Part shown: positions 47,559 to 56,414 of the stretch, one piece after another | Numbering within the stretch: position 1 is the first letter of the stretch | Layout: every line of letters begins with the position of its first letter | Assembly: GCA_964514105.1 (NCBI GenBank) | Contig: CAZEPJ010000014.1 | Span: forward strand, 1,889-65,888 | Direction: 5' to 3' | Length of the DNA stretch: 64,000 nt | Origin: an uncultured Desulfarculaceae bacterium | GTDB lineage: Bacteria; Desulfobacterota; Desulfocorpusculales; Desulfocorpusculum | Notes under the pieces: model-generated | Told to the model about the DNA's origin: nothing | The model's input: the letters and a program-made list of their open reading frames with translations, nothing else | Databases searched by the model: none | Translations under genes and position numbers: made by a program

Positions 47559-48113
47559 TTGGGGGTCCATATCAAAGCCATGGGCCGCGCGACCCGAGGG
47601 AGGGATGTGGACGGTTACCCGATCATTGCCACGGGGCTGATCTCACTGTGCGTCGGGTTTCTGGCCGGACGGCTCTGGGGCCATCGGTGGAAACGCGAGG
47701 CCGACTACCTGAAGAAACAGCTGGATGAGACCGAGCGGCTGCTGGACGGACTGGCCTGGATCGGAGGCAGCCACCGTCCCGAGCCCCAGGTCACGGCCCA
47801 GGAAAACCCCCCCGGGCCCCAGCCGGCCACCCGCGCGGAACTGGAGAACACGCAGAACGTGGGCGTGACCCAGCCCCCCGAGACCCCGTCTCCTGCCAAG
47901 CGCAGGGTGCGCGTCACGCGGATCCTGGGGAAAAAAGACGGGGTCCAGAGGAACGAATCGTTCGAGGGGCTGGAGGAAGCCCTGCCCATGGTGGGCAAGC
48001 GCTACTGCGTGTCCACGGACCACGACACGGTGATCCGCTCCTCCACGGTCATCCAGGTCGCCTCGGGCTACTTCATGACCCGCAACTCCGTGTACAGGGT
48101 CGACCCGCTCTGA
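47559..48113 (+). CDS. Hypothetical membrane-anchored protein, third member of the conserved C-terminal-domain family
   Basis: N-terminal TM (IIATGLISLCVGFLAGRLW), a Pro-rich linker, and the C-terminus …RRVRVTRILGKKDG…KRYCVSTDHDTVIRSSTVIQVASGYFMTRNSVYRVDPL, which aligns with the ORFs at 6073 and 36748. Confidence 0.5.
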   Translation: MGVHIKAMGRATRGRDVDGYPIIATGLISLCVGFLAGRLWGHRWKREADYLKKQLDETERLLDGLAWIGGSHRPEPQVTAQENPPGPQPATRAELENTQNVGVTQPPETPSPAKRRVRVTRILGKKDGVQRNESFEGLEEALPMVGKRYCVSTDHDTVIRSSTVIQVASGYFMTRNSVYRVDPL

Positions 48114-48146
48114 CCCCTGTTGCCCGGCGCCATGCCGGCCCGGCCC

Positions 48147-48443
48147 TCACCATTTCTCCATGAGCTCGCCCATGGTCTTGCCCGGCCTGAGCTTGCCCTG
48201 GTAGTTGATGAAGGTCTCCACCTTGACGGGCTCGAACTGCTTCTTGGGGACCGAGGTGGCCTCCTGGTGCCAGAGCCACATGTGTCCCTCCACCGTGTCC
48301 AGGATGAGGACGTTGGGCAGCTCCCGGATCGACCCCGGCTGGAGAAGGATCGCCTGGTACCGACCGGGGCTCTGGGCCTCGACGGAAACGGCCATGCAAG
48401 TGCCGCAAAGGACCGCTGCCAGGACCACCACGAGTGCTTTCAT
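48147..48443 (-). CDS. Small secreted hypothetical protein of 98 aa
   Basis: RBS GGGAGG, then signal peptide MKALVVVLAAVLCGTCMAVSVEA. Confidence 0.5.
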   Translation of the reverse strand: MKALVVVLAAVLCGTCMAVSVEAQSPGRYQAILLQPGSIRELPNVLILDTVEGHMWLWHQEATSVPKKQFEPVKVETFINYQGKLRPGKTMGELMEKW

Positions 48444-48944
48444 GCGCGCCTCCCGAATCTCGTCATCTTCCGTCCCTCACGGCCCCGGCCCAGCGCGTTT
48501 CCCGAAGGTGCCGGGAAGCCCGTGCTTCGATCCCAGGGCAATTTAACGCACATGGCATCCGGTCTTGGCCCACTTTCCGACTCAATCCGGCCGCTGGCGC
48601 TCTTTCCCCCAAGACACCAAGGCCGCTCCCTGGAGCGCCCCCACCGCCCGGCCGGAACTCCCCCTCCAATCAATCCCGCCCCAGGGGGCCACCATATCCA
48701 TTCGCCCCTCGTTTCCCCCTCCCCCCCCAACTTGGGCATCACCATCCGTGTGTGCCCAAGCGGTCCGCTTTTCTCGTCGTCCACCCGTTTGCTTTGTCAG
48801 GAAGATGCCCTGCCCGGTTCAAGGATCCCCGCGATCCGCCTCCTTACCCTGATGTTCTTGGCCCTGGGATTCGCATCGCCTTCGGCAAGGGATTCCGACG
48901 GCCCGCCAAGGGACGATCCGACCGCGCGCCGGCTCACGACCCCT

Positions 48945-49829
48945 TCACCGCTTGCCCTTGGCCGGCTTCCCCCCGTACGGTTCGCCCCCGTAGTACGCCT
49001 TGTACGCGTACCCGTAAATGCGGGACGTGAGGTGCTGGGAGTCGTTGAGGATGAGGCCCAGGATCTTGTCTTTGGGCAGGAGGGTCAGGGAGTCCTTGAC
49101 GGCGTTGCGCGGGGTCATATCGTGCCGCACCACGAACACGATCCCCTGAACCAGCTTGGCCAGCACGGCCGGCTCGTTGGTCAGGATCGTCGGGGTCGCG
49201 TCCAGCAGGGTGAGCGGCCCGTCCTCCGTCTCGTTTGCCGCCCGTATGAGGTCGGCCATGCGGGGCGAGGAGATGAGCTCGATGGGGTTCTTCTTGCGCC
49301 CCCCCCCCGGGATGCACTGCAGTCGGGGGATGTCCGTGGGGCGAACCACGGCCGACAGCTCCGCCTCGCCGTTGAGGTACTCCGAGAGCCCAGGCCCCTG
49401 GGGCACGCCGAAGTATTGGTGAAGGGTCGGGTTTCGAACGTCGCAGTCTACCAGAAGCACCGAGTCGTTCAGCCCCTGGGCCACGCTCACGGCCAGGTTG
49501 GCCGCGATGAAGGACTTGCCCTCGCCGGCGATGGCGCTCGTGACCATCACGCTTCGGGGGGGGACGGGCCTGCGGGCGTTGTGAAGGAGGTGGGTGCGGA
49601 TCCGCTTGATCTGCTCCACGATGGGGGAGTCCGGCTGGTTGTGGACGACCAGCATGGGGCTCACGCGCCTCGCCCCGGGCCTCTCGGGCTGGATCATGAG
49701 GGGAAGGACCGGGGCCTCGGCCCGCGCGTTTCCGGCATCGCCCCCCGCTGCGGCCGCGTCCTTGACCTGCGAAGGGGCTTCGCCCCGCTCCCGCTCCGCC
49801 TTCTGCAAAGCCTCAAACACCTTGCTCAT
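48945..49829 (-). CDS. PEP-CTERM-locus exopolysaccharide tyrosine autokinase (TIGR03018-like)
   Basis: Begins MSKVFEALQKAERERGE…, Walker A SAIAGEGKSFIAANLA, and a C-terminal Tyr-rich tail …RIYGYAYKAYYGGEPYGG…. Confidence 0.75.
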   Translation of the reverse strand: MSKVFEALQKAERERGEAPSQVKDAAAAGGDAGNARAEAPVLPLMIQPERPGARRVSPMLVVHNQPDSPIVEQIKRIRTHLLHNARRPVPPRSVMVTSAIAGEGKSFIAANLAVSVAQGLNDSVLLVDCDVRNPTLHQYFGVPQGPGLSEYLNGEAELSAVVRPTDIPRLQCIPGGGRKKNPIELISSPRMADLIRAANETEDGPLTLLDATPTILTNEPAVLAKLVQGIVFVVRHDMTPRNAVKDSLTLLPKDKILGLILNDSQHLTSRIYGYAYKAYYGGEPYGGKPAKGKR

Positions 49830-49897
49830 GGACCCATCCTTCTGTCACCGCCGCAGACCGGGATTCGTGGGCCGTTCTTGTGGTTCGTTTCACAACC

Positions 49898-50033
49898 CGT
49901 GATTGGCGACCGTGATACGTGTCTGTCGTTTGTTTTCGTATGCCATGGTTGGGCGCCTGCGCTGCGTGGTTCGAGTCCGTATCAAGCCCCCCAACCCACC
50001 GAACCCAACCAACTCAAGCAACGCAAGCAACCC
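49898..50033. repeat. Copy B of the ~130-bp intergenic repeat element, with a partial extra copy at 49861-49897
   Basis: ~80% identical to copy C along its whole length (CGTGATTGGCGACCGTGATACGTGTCTGTCGTTTGTTTTCGTATGCCATGGTTGGGCG…CAAGCCCCCCAACCCACCGAACCCAA…). It lies 69 nt upstream of the minus-strand start at 49829. Confidence 0.55.
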
Positions 50034-50050
50034 CTACTCCCTCTCCCGCT

Positions 50051-51091
50051 CTACACCCCCGAGCCCAGACCCCACTTGGAGAGGATCTCCTGGAGCCCCC
50101 GGGCCACGGGCTCGGGCACCTGACGGGGAAAGATCATGGCCAGGGCCACCGCCGCCACCAGGGCCGCGCCCCCGGCCAGACCCAGGCGCACGGACCATCG
50201 CAGCAGATGCGCCCGCGCATGGCCGCGGCCGTCCAAGGCCCCTTCCTCGCGGATCCGTTGCCGCTTCTTCCCGGCCGATACCAGCCTTTCCCCCTCCAGG
50301 TCCGCGATCACGTCCCGGATCACGGCGTCATCGACCTGCCGCTTCTCCTCGGCGTACCCGGTCAGCAGGGCGTTGTCGCACACCACGTTGATGAGCCTGG
50401 GGATGCCCCCCGCGTACTTGTGGATCCTTCCCACGGCCTTTTCGGTGAACAGCGGCGCGCCGTGGCGGCCGGCCACCGCAAGGCGCCGCTCGATGTACTC
50501 CCGGGTCTCCCGCCCGCTCAGTGGATTGAGCACGCAGCGCAGGCTGATGCGCTGTTTGAACGGGGCCGCGCTTCGGTAATTGAGAATCTGGTGCAGTTCG
50601 GGCTGTCCGGCGAGGATCACCTGGAGGAGCTTGTCATGGGCCGTCTCCAGATTCATGAGCATTCGAACCTCCTCCATGAGGGGGAGGCTCAGGTTGTGGG
50701 CCTCGTCCAGAACCAAAAGGGCCCGATCGCCCCTCTCGGCCGTCTCCAGGAGGAAGGCATTGAGTTTGTCCAGAAACTGCCCCTTGCTCCCCGACCTGGC
50801 CTTGAGCCCGAAATCCGCGGCCACCAGGCGGAAGAAGTCCGTGGGGCTCAGTTTGGGGTTGAAGAGGTATGCCGAGCGGGTCCTGGGGTCGAGCACCTGA
50901 AGGAGCGACCTGAGCAGGAGGGTCTTCCCCGTGCCCACCTCTCCGGTCAGCACCATGAGGCCCTTCTTCTCCTTCACGCCGTACAGCAGGGTGGCGAAGG
51001 CCTCCTTGTGCTGGCTGCTGGCGTACAGGAAATGGGGGTCGGGCGTGATCTCGAAGGGCTTCCGCTCAAGGCCGTAGAATTCCTCGTACAT
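50051..51091 (-). CDS. PEP-CTERM-locus AAA ATPase (ExeA-like; TIGR03015-like)
   Basis: Begins MYEEFYGLERKPFEITPDPHFLY…, Walker A LTGEVGTGKTLL, Walker B LLVLDEAH. Confidence 0.75.
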   Translation of the reverse strand: MYEEFYGLERKPFEITPDPHFLYASSQHKEAFATLLYGVKEKKGLMVLTGEVGTGKTLLLRSLLQVLDPRTRSAYLFNPKLSPTDFFRLVAADFGLKARSGSKGQFLDKLNAFLLETAERGDRALLVLDEAHNLSLPLMEEVRMLMNLETAHDKLLQVILAGQPELHQILNYRSAAPFKQRISLRCVLNPLSGRETREYIERRLAVAGRHGAPLFTEKAVGRIHKYAGGIPRLINVVCDNALLTGYAEEKRQVDDAVIRDVIADLEGERLVSAGKKRQRIREEGALDGRGHARAHLLRWSVRLGLAGGAALVAAVALAMIFPRQVPEPVARGLQEILSKWGLGSGV

Positions 51092-51138
51092 GGGATCGGT
51101 TCTTCTCCACCGTGGCGCGCCCCCCGGGGAGACGGGGC

Positions 51139-52683
51139 TCACGCGCTTCGGGCCCTCCTGGTGGCCGCCGAGCTCCGGGTCCTGCCGCCCCCGGCCTTCC
51201 CCACGGTCTCGATCCTGGGGATCACGGCCAGCACCTGCAGCCCGCTGAAGGCCGCCAGGTCCTCGGGGTCCTTGAACGAGCGGTCCAAGTACTCTTGGAG
51301 GAGGGCCAGGCCCAGCCCGGCCCCCAGGCCGCAGGCCAGGGACAGGGCGATGAGCTTTAGGATGTCGGGCTTCCACGGTTTGACGGGGACCTGCGCGGGA
51401 TCGATGACCCGGAACTGCTCTCCTTGCTGGCGCTGCTCCATGGCCTTGGCCTGCTCCGACTCCAGCTTCTTGGCCAGGAGCGACTCGTAAGACTTCTTGG
51501 TGTTCTCGTAGTCCCGGGCCAGGGCGGTCATCTCCTGCTCGCGCCTGGGCGTATTCTCGATGCGCTGCTCGTGCTCGCGGATGCGCGCCCGGATCTTCTC
51601 CTCCTCGCCCCGGAGGTGCCGGATCTCCGAGTCCACGGCGGCGAGCTGAGCCTGGAGGCCGGCGATCATGGTGTCCAGCTGCCCGGTCTGGCCCCGGGCC
51701 GTTCGAATCTGGCGGGCGGGCCGATCCGGCGAAGACGCCCCCGAGGCCCTTGGACCCCCCGCCTGCGCCCCCTCTTCCTCCAGCCGCTTCTTCAGGGCCA
51801 TCACCTCGGGATGTCTGTCCGTGTACTTGGCGCGGAGCCTGGCCAGGGCATCCTGCAGGGTCTCCCTTCCCGACTGGGGCGCCTCCACGATGACGGGCTC
51901 ACCGGTTCCTTCGGTGGAGGCGAACTTCCTCAGCTCGGCCACCTGGTTGATGTACAGGACCTTGCGATCCTCGGCCGACCGGATGCTGTCGCTGATCCGC
52001 TGGTGCTGGAGCTGGAGCTGCTGGAGCACGCCCAGATTGGCCTGCATCTGCTCCGGGAGCTCCCCCATGTGCCTGGTCTTGAACGCAGTGATCTGTTTTT
52101 CCAGCCCCTCGAGCTGGGCCTCCGTCTTCTTCAACTGGTCGGCCAGGAAGGCTGCGGTCCCCTCGGCCTGCTGCTCCCGCAGCTTGAGGTTCTGCTCCAC
52201 GAAGAGGGAGGCGAGCCGGTTGGTCACCATGGCCACTGTCTTGGGCTCGGGTCCCGAGAAATAGACCTCGAAGGCGTCCTTCTTGTCCCGCTTGGCCGCG
52301 CCGGTCCCTCCCTTGACCTGGATGTCGATGTGCTTGCGCATCAGCTCGATGACCTCTTCCTGGGTCAGTTTCTGGGACTCGGCCTTGTACAGGCCGAACT
52401 CGTCGATGACCCGCTGGAGGTTGGTCCGGCTCAGGATCTCCGTGCTGATGCTGTAGATGCGCTCGTCGATGGATTCGGTCACCGTGGCGCGGACATACTC
52501 GGTGGGGACGCGCTGCCGGACCAGGAGGATCAACGTGTTGGCCTGGTACACCTTGGGCAGGTGCATCACGATGCCGATGCCCGCGGCGCTGACCAAGACG
52601 AAGGGGATCAGGATCCACCACTTGCGCCGCCACGCCATGGCGAGGTAGTCCTCGGGCCTCAGAGGCCTCGCAAGGTTCAACAT
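51139..52683 (-). CDS. PEP-CTERM-locus polysaccharide chain-length determinant (GumC/EpsF-like, TIGR03007-like)
   Basis: N-terminal TM (WWILIPFVLVSAAGIGIVM), a long coiled-coil periplasmic region, and a C-terminal TM (LIALSLACGLGAGLGLALL). Confidence 0.75.
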   Translation of the reverse strand: MLNLARPLRPEDYLAMAWRRKWWILIPFVLVSAAGIGIVMHLPKVYQANTLILLVRQRVPTEYVRATVTESIDERIYSISTEILSRTNLQRVIDEFGLYKAESQKLTQEEVIELMRKHIDIQVKGGTGAAKRDKKDAFEVYFSGPEPKTVAMVTNRLASLFVEQNLKLREQQAEGTAAFLADQLKKTEAQLEGLEKQITAFKTRHMGELPEQMQANLGVLQQLQLQHQRISDSIRSAEDRKVLYINQVAELRKFASTEGTGEPVIVEAPQSGRETLQDALARLRAKYTDRHPEVMALKKRLEEEGAQAGGPRASGASSPDRPARQIRTARGQTGQLDTMIAGLQAQLAAVDSEIRHLRGEEEKIRARIREHEQRIENTPRREQEMTALARDYENTKKSYESLLAKKLESEQAKAMEQRQQGEQFRVIDPAQVPVKPWKPDILKLIALSLACGLGAGLGLALLQEYLDRSFKDPEDLAAFSGLQVLAVIPRIETVGKAGGGRTRSSAATRRARSA

Positions 52684-52711
52684 GGGTCATGCCCCTCGTA
52701 CACGGGAAATG

Positions 52712-52830
52712 CGTGATTCGTGACCGTGATTCGCGTCTGTGGTTCGTTTTCGTGTACCATCGTTGGGCGTTCGGCGCGTGAACTGCGTGGTCCGTGTCAA
52801 GCCCCCCAACCCACCGAACCCAAGCAACCC
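52712..52830. repeat. Copy C of the ~130-bp intergenic repeat element
   Basis: CGTGATTCGTGACCGTGATTCGCGTCTGTGGTTCGTTTTCGTGTACCATCGTTGGGCG…CAAGCCCCCCAACCCACCGAACCCAAGCAACCC. It lies 29 nt upstream of the minus-strand start at 52683. Confidence 0.55.
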
Positions 52831-52841
52831 GCGCCCCGCCC

Positions 52842-53426
52842 CTACGGCACCACGATGGTGTCCCCGGACCTGAGGATCACGTTGTCAGCCAGCGTGTCCC
52901 CCGAAACCACGTCCTTGTAATGGATGACCCTTCGGCGCTGCTTGTCGCCGTCCCGGGTGATGAGCACGGTCTTGCTGGATGCCCACTCGTTGAGCCCCCC
53001 GGCCATGGCGATGGCCTGCAGATAGGTCAGCTCCGTGCTCGACTCGTACGTCCCCGGTTTGGTGACGTTCCCCAGGACGTAGACCTTGAACTTCCTGGGC
53101 TCCTTGATGATGACCGAGACCTGGGGCTCTCCCACGAACTCCTTGAGCTTCTCTGCGATGACCTTCTTGAGCTCGGGCGGCGTCAGGCCGGCGGCCCGCA
53201 CATCGTCGATGAGCGGGAGCGAGATCTTGCCGTCTCCCCGGACCAGCACCTCCCGGGTCAGGTCCGTCTCCTTCCAGATGTGGATCTCCAGCTTGTCCTC
53301 GGGCCCGATGACGTAGGTGTCGTCCGCGCCGGATCCCCTGGAAGGGCCCTGCGCCGACGCCGCTGAGACCAGCATGAGCGTCGCGAGGAGAGCAATGACC
53401 CCCAGTCCCTTGCCGACTTTGGCCAT
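52842..53426 (-). CDS. Polysaccharide export protein, Wza-like (PEP-CTERM-locus export protein, TIGR03027-like)
   Basis: Signal peptide MAKVGKGLGVIALLATLMLVSAASA. Poly_export motif …YVIGPEDKLEIHIW…GKISLPLIDDVRAAGLTPPEL…, and a SLBB domain. Confidence 0.75.
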   Translation of the reverse strand: MAKVGKGLGVIALLATLMLVSAASAQGPSRGSGADDTYVIGPEDKLEIHIWKETDLTREVLVRGDGKISLPLIDDVRAAGLTPPELKKVIAEKLKEFVGEPQVSVIIKEPRKFKVYVLGNVTKPGTYESSTELTYLQAIAMAGGLNEWASSKTVLITRDGDKQRRRVIHYKDVVSGDTLADNVILRSGDTIVVP

Positions 53427-53828
53427 GGCGCCTTCCCCTTTTCCATGTCGTGTGTATCCGCCCCAGGCAACCCCAAGCGACGGCCTTTCCCAGGGCCTCC
53501 GCCCTTGGGGAGACATCCCGTGCCCGGCCTTATTTATTTGTTTTTCCTTCATGAATTCGTAATCTCCCAGAATTTTCCCTGGGAGTCAATCAAAACTTAC
53601 CGGATTCCGACCTCAGGAAATCCCTGACTTCCCCGGCCGCCCACCGCGATCCGGGCCATGGTGAGACACAGGGCATGTCCCGTTACCCCCGAGCCGGCAA
53701 GGAGATGCCCTCCAGAATCTTAACAGGTTTCGGAGGAAATGGCGCAGATATGTTGAAAAGACTTGCAAAACATGTCCGAATGCGGTATTGAAGCATGGGG
53801 GCGTCTTGCGCGCCCCAGAGGGGTGCTC

Positions 53829-55130
53829 ATGGGATTGCGGCGCCGGCCGATCAGGAATTGGGCGGGGGGCTTGAGCGGCGTGTGCCTCGCCCTTCCGCTC
53901 CTGTGGGCGGGCCCTGCCCATGCCGACTACCGGGTCGAGTGGCACGCCGACGCCACGCTTCAGGAGCGCTTCGACGACAACCTGAACCTGGCCCCTTCGG
54001 ACCCCGTCTGGGACTTGATCACCACCGTGTCCCCCGGGGGCGATCTCTTGGTCGAATCCAGGACCGGCCGCCTCTTGCTCGAGTATTACCTGGACGCCAA
54101 CTTTTACGCCAGGAACCCCGTGCTCGACTACCTGGGCCACCGGGCCAATCTCGACCTGACCCAGTCCCTGTCGCGCCACGTCAAGTTCCAGCTTCGGGAG
54201 ACCTTCACCAAGTCCGACAGCCCCCGGGAGGCCGCGGTGCCCGCCGAGGCCCCTGCACCCGGAGACGTGAGGCCCACCGAGTTCCTCATCGGGACCCGCC
54301 TGGAAAGGCGCCAGTACATGCGCAATAACATCAACCCCACCCTCACCTGGGAATACGGCTCTGACGACTCCCTGCGCCTCGGATATCGCAACGAGCTGTT
54401 CCGAGAGGACGACACCCCGGCTTCGGACAAACGGGACACGGCCACCATCACCTGGACCCACTGGTTCGGGCCCCAGTACGGGGTCCTCCTCAACGTGGAC
54501 TACCTCAAGACCCATTTCTGGAGCTCTTCCGATTACGACGGCCAGGACGGGCTGGCCACCTTCACCCACAAGTTAAACCCCCACACCGCGGTCTTCGTCC
54601 AGGGCGGGGTCAGCAACCGCACGTACAAGGACGAGACCCCCAACTACCAGGTGTACAAGGGGAGCCTGGGGGTGGAACACGCCTTTAACCAGGCCATCAC
54701 AGGGCGGCTTCGGGCAGGGTATTACTACCAGGTCCCCGAGGAGGGCAAGGCCGATGCCAAGCCCGAGGGGGAGGCCTCGGTCACGGCCAGATGGCGCCGC
54801 CTGACGGGCACCGCCTTTGTCAAGACCGGGTACACGGAAAGCGCCCTGGACTCGGAAAACCTGGGCTTCACCCAATACGCCAGCGCCGGGATGGCCTTCC
54901 GGTACCAGGTCTTCCAGTATGTCGCCCTGTTCTGCGACGGGTCGTACAACCGCTACGACCTGCCCACCACGGGGATCGAGGACCGCTGGCAGGTTCGAAC
55001 CGGGATGGAGGCTCGGCTCTTTCGGTGGCTCACCGGCTCCCTGGACTTCTTCCATCAGGAAAGCCTGACCGAGACCACCTCCAACTACCGAAACAACCAG
55101 ATCACCTTCCGCCTAACGGCCCGATACTGA
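53829..55130 (+). CDS. Outer-membrane beta-barrel protein, probably the PEP-CTERM-system-associated OMP (TIGR03016-like)
   Basis: Signal peptide …LALPLLWAGPAHA. Alternating amphipathic beta-strand pattern throughout, and a C-terminal aromatic residue (…ITFRLTARY), typical of OM beta-barrels. Confidence 0.6.
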   Translation: MGLRRRPIRNWAGGLSGVCLALPLLWAGPAHADYRVEWHADATLQERFDDNLNLAPSDPVWDLITTVSPGGDLLVESRTGRLLLEYYLDANFYARNPVLDYLGHRANLDLTQSLSRHVKFQLRETFTKSDSPREAAVPAEAPAPGDVRPTEFLIGTRLERRQYMRNNINPTLTWEYGSDDSLRLGYRNELFREDDTPASDKRDTATITWTHWFGPQYGVLLNVDYLKTHFWSSSDYDGQDGLATFTHKLNPHTAVFVQGGVSNRTYKDETPNYQVYKGSLGVEHAFNQAITGRLRAGYYYQVPEEGKADAKPEGEASVTARWRRLTGTAFVKTGYTESALDSENLGFTQYASAGMAFRYQVFQYVALFCDGSYNRYDLPTTGIEDRWQVRTGMEARLFRWLTGSLDFFHQESLTETTSNYRNNQITFRLTARY

Positions 55131-55369
55131 GATCCCCTGACACGCGGGGACCGGGCCGAGGGGCGGCGCGCGGGGCGTCCATCGGCATGGCACCGGCCCG
55201 GGCCGTTTCTTCTTTCGCGCGGCCGCAGGGTGATCCCGAGGCGATCCCGGCAAGTCGGAGCGCTGCCTGGCGAGGCCCGGCGCCAAGGGGCCTGTGAATT
55301 TTGACCCGGGCCGCCGGCTTCGCACAGGGAGCGCTGACACGGCCACTGGGGTCGCGGGCAAGGCACGCC

Positions 55370-55398
55370 TTGGGATTTGCGGCCTTTGGCGTTACAAT
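55370..55398 (+). promoter_or_regulatory. Candidate sigma70 promoter (TTGGGA-17-TACAAT) upstream of the exosortase operon
   Basis: TTGGGA at 55370-55375 and TACAAT at 55393-55398, ~95 nt upstream of the exosortase ATG. Confidence 0.3.
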
Positions 55399-55490
55399 CT
55401 CAGGGTCGGCCGACCTGGCCCATCCGGAGCGGCCCGGCCCTTGCCCGGAGGACCCGGCGCCCGCGGGCCCGGTCGCCCAGAAGGATGCCC

Positions 55491-56414
55491 ATGCAGGTCA
55501 CGGCGCACGTTGACAAGAGGGACGTGCTCTTTCTCGCCTTCACGGCCGCCTTCGCCCTCGTCTTTCTGGATCTCTGGCGGGAGTTCTTCTCCTTCCTCCT
55601 GGGCTCGGGTCTGTACAACTACATGGTCCTCATCCCGGGGGTCAGCGCCTATCTCCTGATCTCCGACCGGCGGCGCCTCCGGGCCGCGGCCCGCAGCGCC
55701 GTGCCCCTGGGCGCAGCCCTGGCAGCGGCCGGGGCCCTGGGTCTGGCGGCGGCCCAGGCCCAGGGCGCATGGCCGGCCCCCGACGACCGTTTCTCCCTGG
55801 TGGGGGTCTCTTTGCTCCTGATCTGGGTCGGCGGGTTCGCGGCCATGTACGGGCCCAGGGCCCTGCGCGCGGCCATCTTCCCCCTGCTGTTCCTCCTCTT
55901 CATGGTTCCCGTTCCCGGCGGCGCCCTGGAAGGGGTGATCCGGTTTCTGCAGGTGGGGTCCACCGAGGCGGCCCACGCCCTTTTCGCCCTGAGCGGCGTC
56001 CCGGTCCTCCGGGAGGGGTTCGTGTTTCACCTGCCCGGCCAGAGCATCGAGGTGGCCCCCGAGTGCAGCGGCATCCGCTCGGGGATCTCCCTGGTGGTGA
56101 CCTCCGTCCTGGCCGGCCACCTGTTCCTGCGCACCCTGGGGGGCAAGCTCGCCATGGCCGTGGCCACCCTCCCCGTCACCATGTTCAAGAACGGGGTGCG
56201 GATCGTCTCTCTCTCCCTCCTGGGGGTGTACGTGGATCCGCGCATCCTGCAAAGCGAACTGCACCGGAGCGGGGGCATCCCCTTCTTCGTGGTGGCCCTC
56301 CTCATGATGGTCCCCGTGTGGTGGGGGCTCCGGACCCTGGAGAAGCGACTGGGCGGCAAGGAGCCCGGCGCGCCGGCCGGGGGCACGGCGAAGGGGCCGG
56401 GAGGGGCGGAATGA
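55491..56414 (+). CDS. xrtA: Exosortase, XrtA-like
   Basis: Eight predicted TM helices. Catalytic-region motifs …APECSGIRSG… (conserved Cys) and …NGVRIVSL… (conserved Arg). Its TGA overlaps the prsK ATG (ATGA). Confidence 0.8.
   Translation: MQVTAHVDKRDVLFLAFTAAFALVFLDLWREFFSFLLGSGLYNYMVLIPGVSAYLLISDRRRLRAAARSAVPLGAALAAAGALGLAAAQAQGAWPAPDDRFSLVGVSLLLIWVGGFAAMYGPRALRAAIFPLLFLLFMVPVPGGALEGVIRFLQVGSTEAAHALFALSGVPVLREGFVFHLPGQSIEVAPECSGIRSGISLVVTSVLAGHLFLRTLGGKLAMAVATLPVTMFKNGVRIVSLSLLGVYVDPRILQSELHRSGGIPFFVVALLMMVPVWWGLRTLEKRLGGKEPGAPAGGTAKGPGGAE

Noticed and set aside
49861-52840. Sigma54 (-24 GG / -12 GC) promoter inside the repeated intergenic elements, as expected for PrsR targets
   Set aside because: Candidate TGGCAT/TGGTAC hexamers are present, but the -12 region does not match TTGC(A/T) at the right spacing in either copy. 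This is reported as not found rather than absent.
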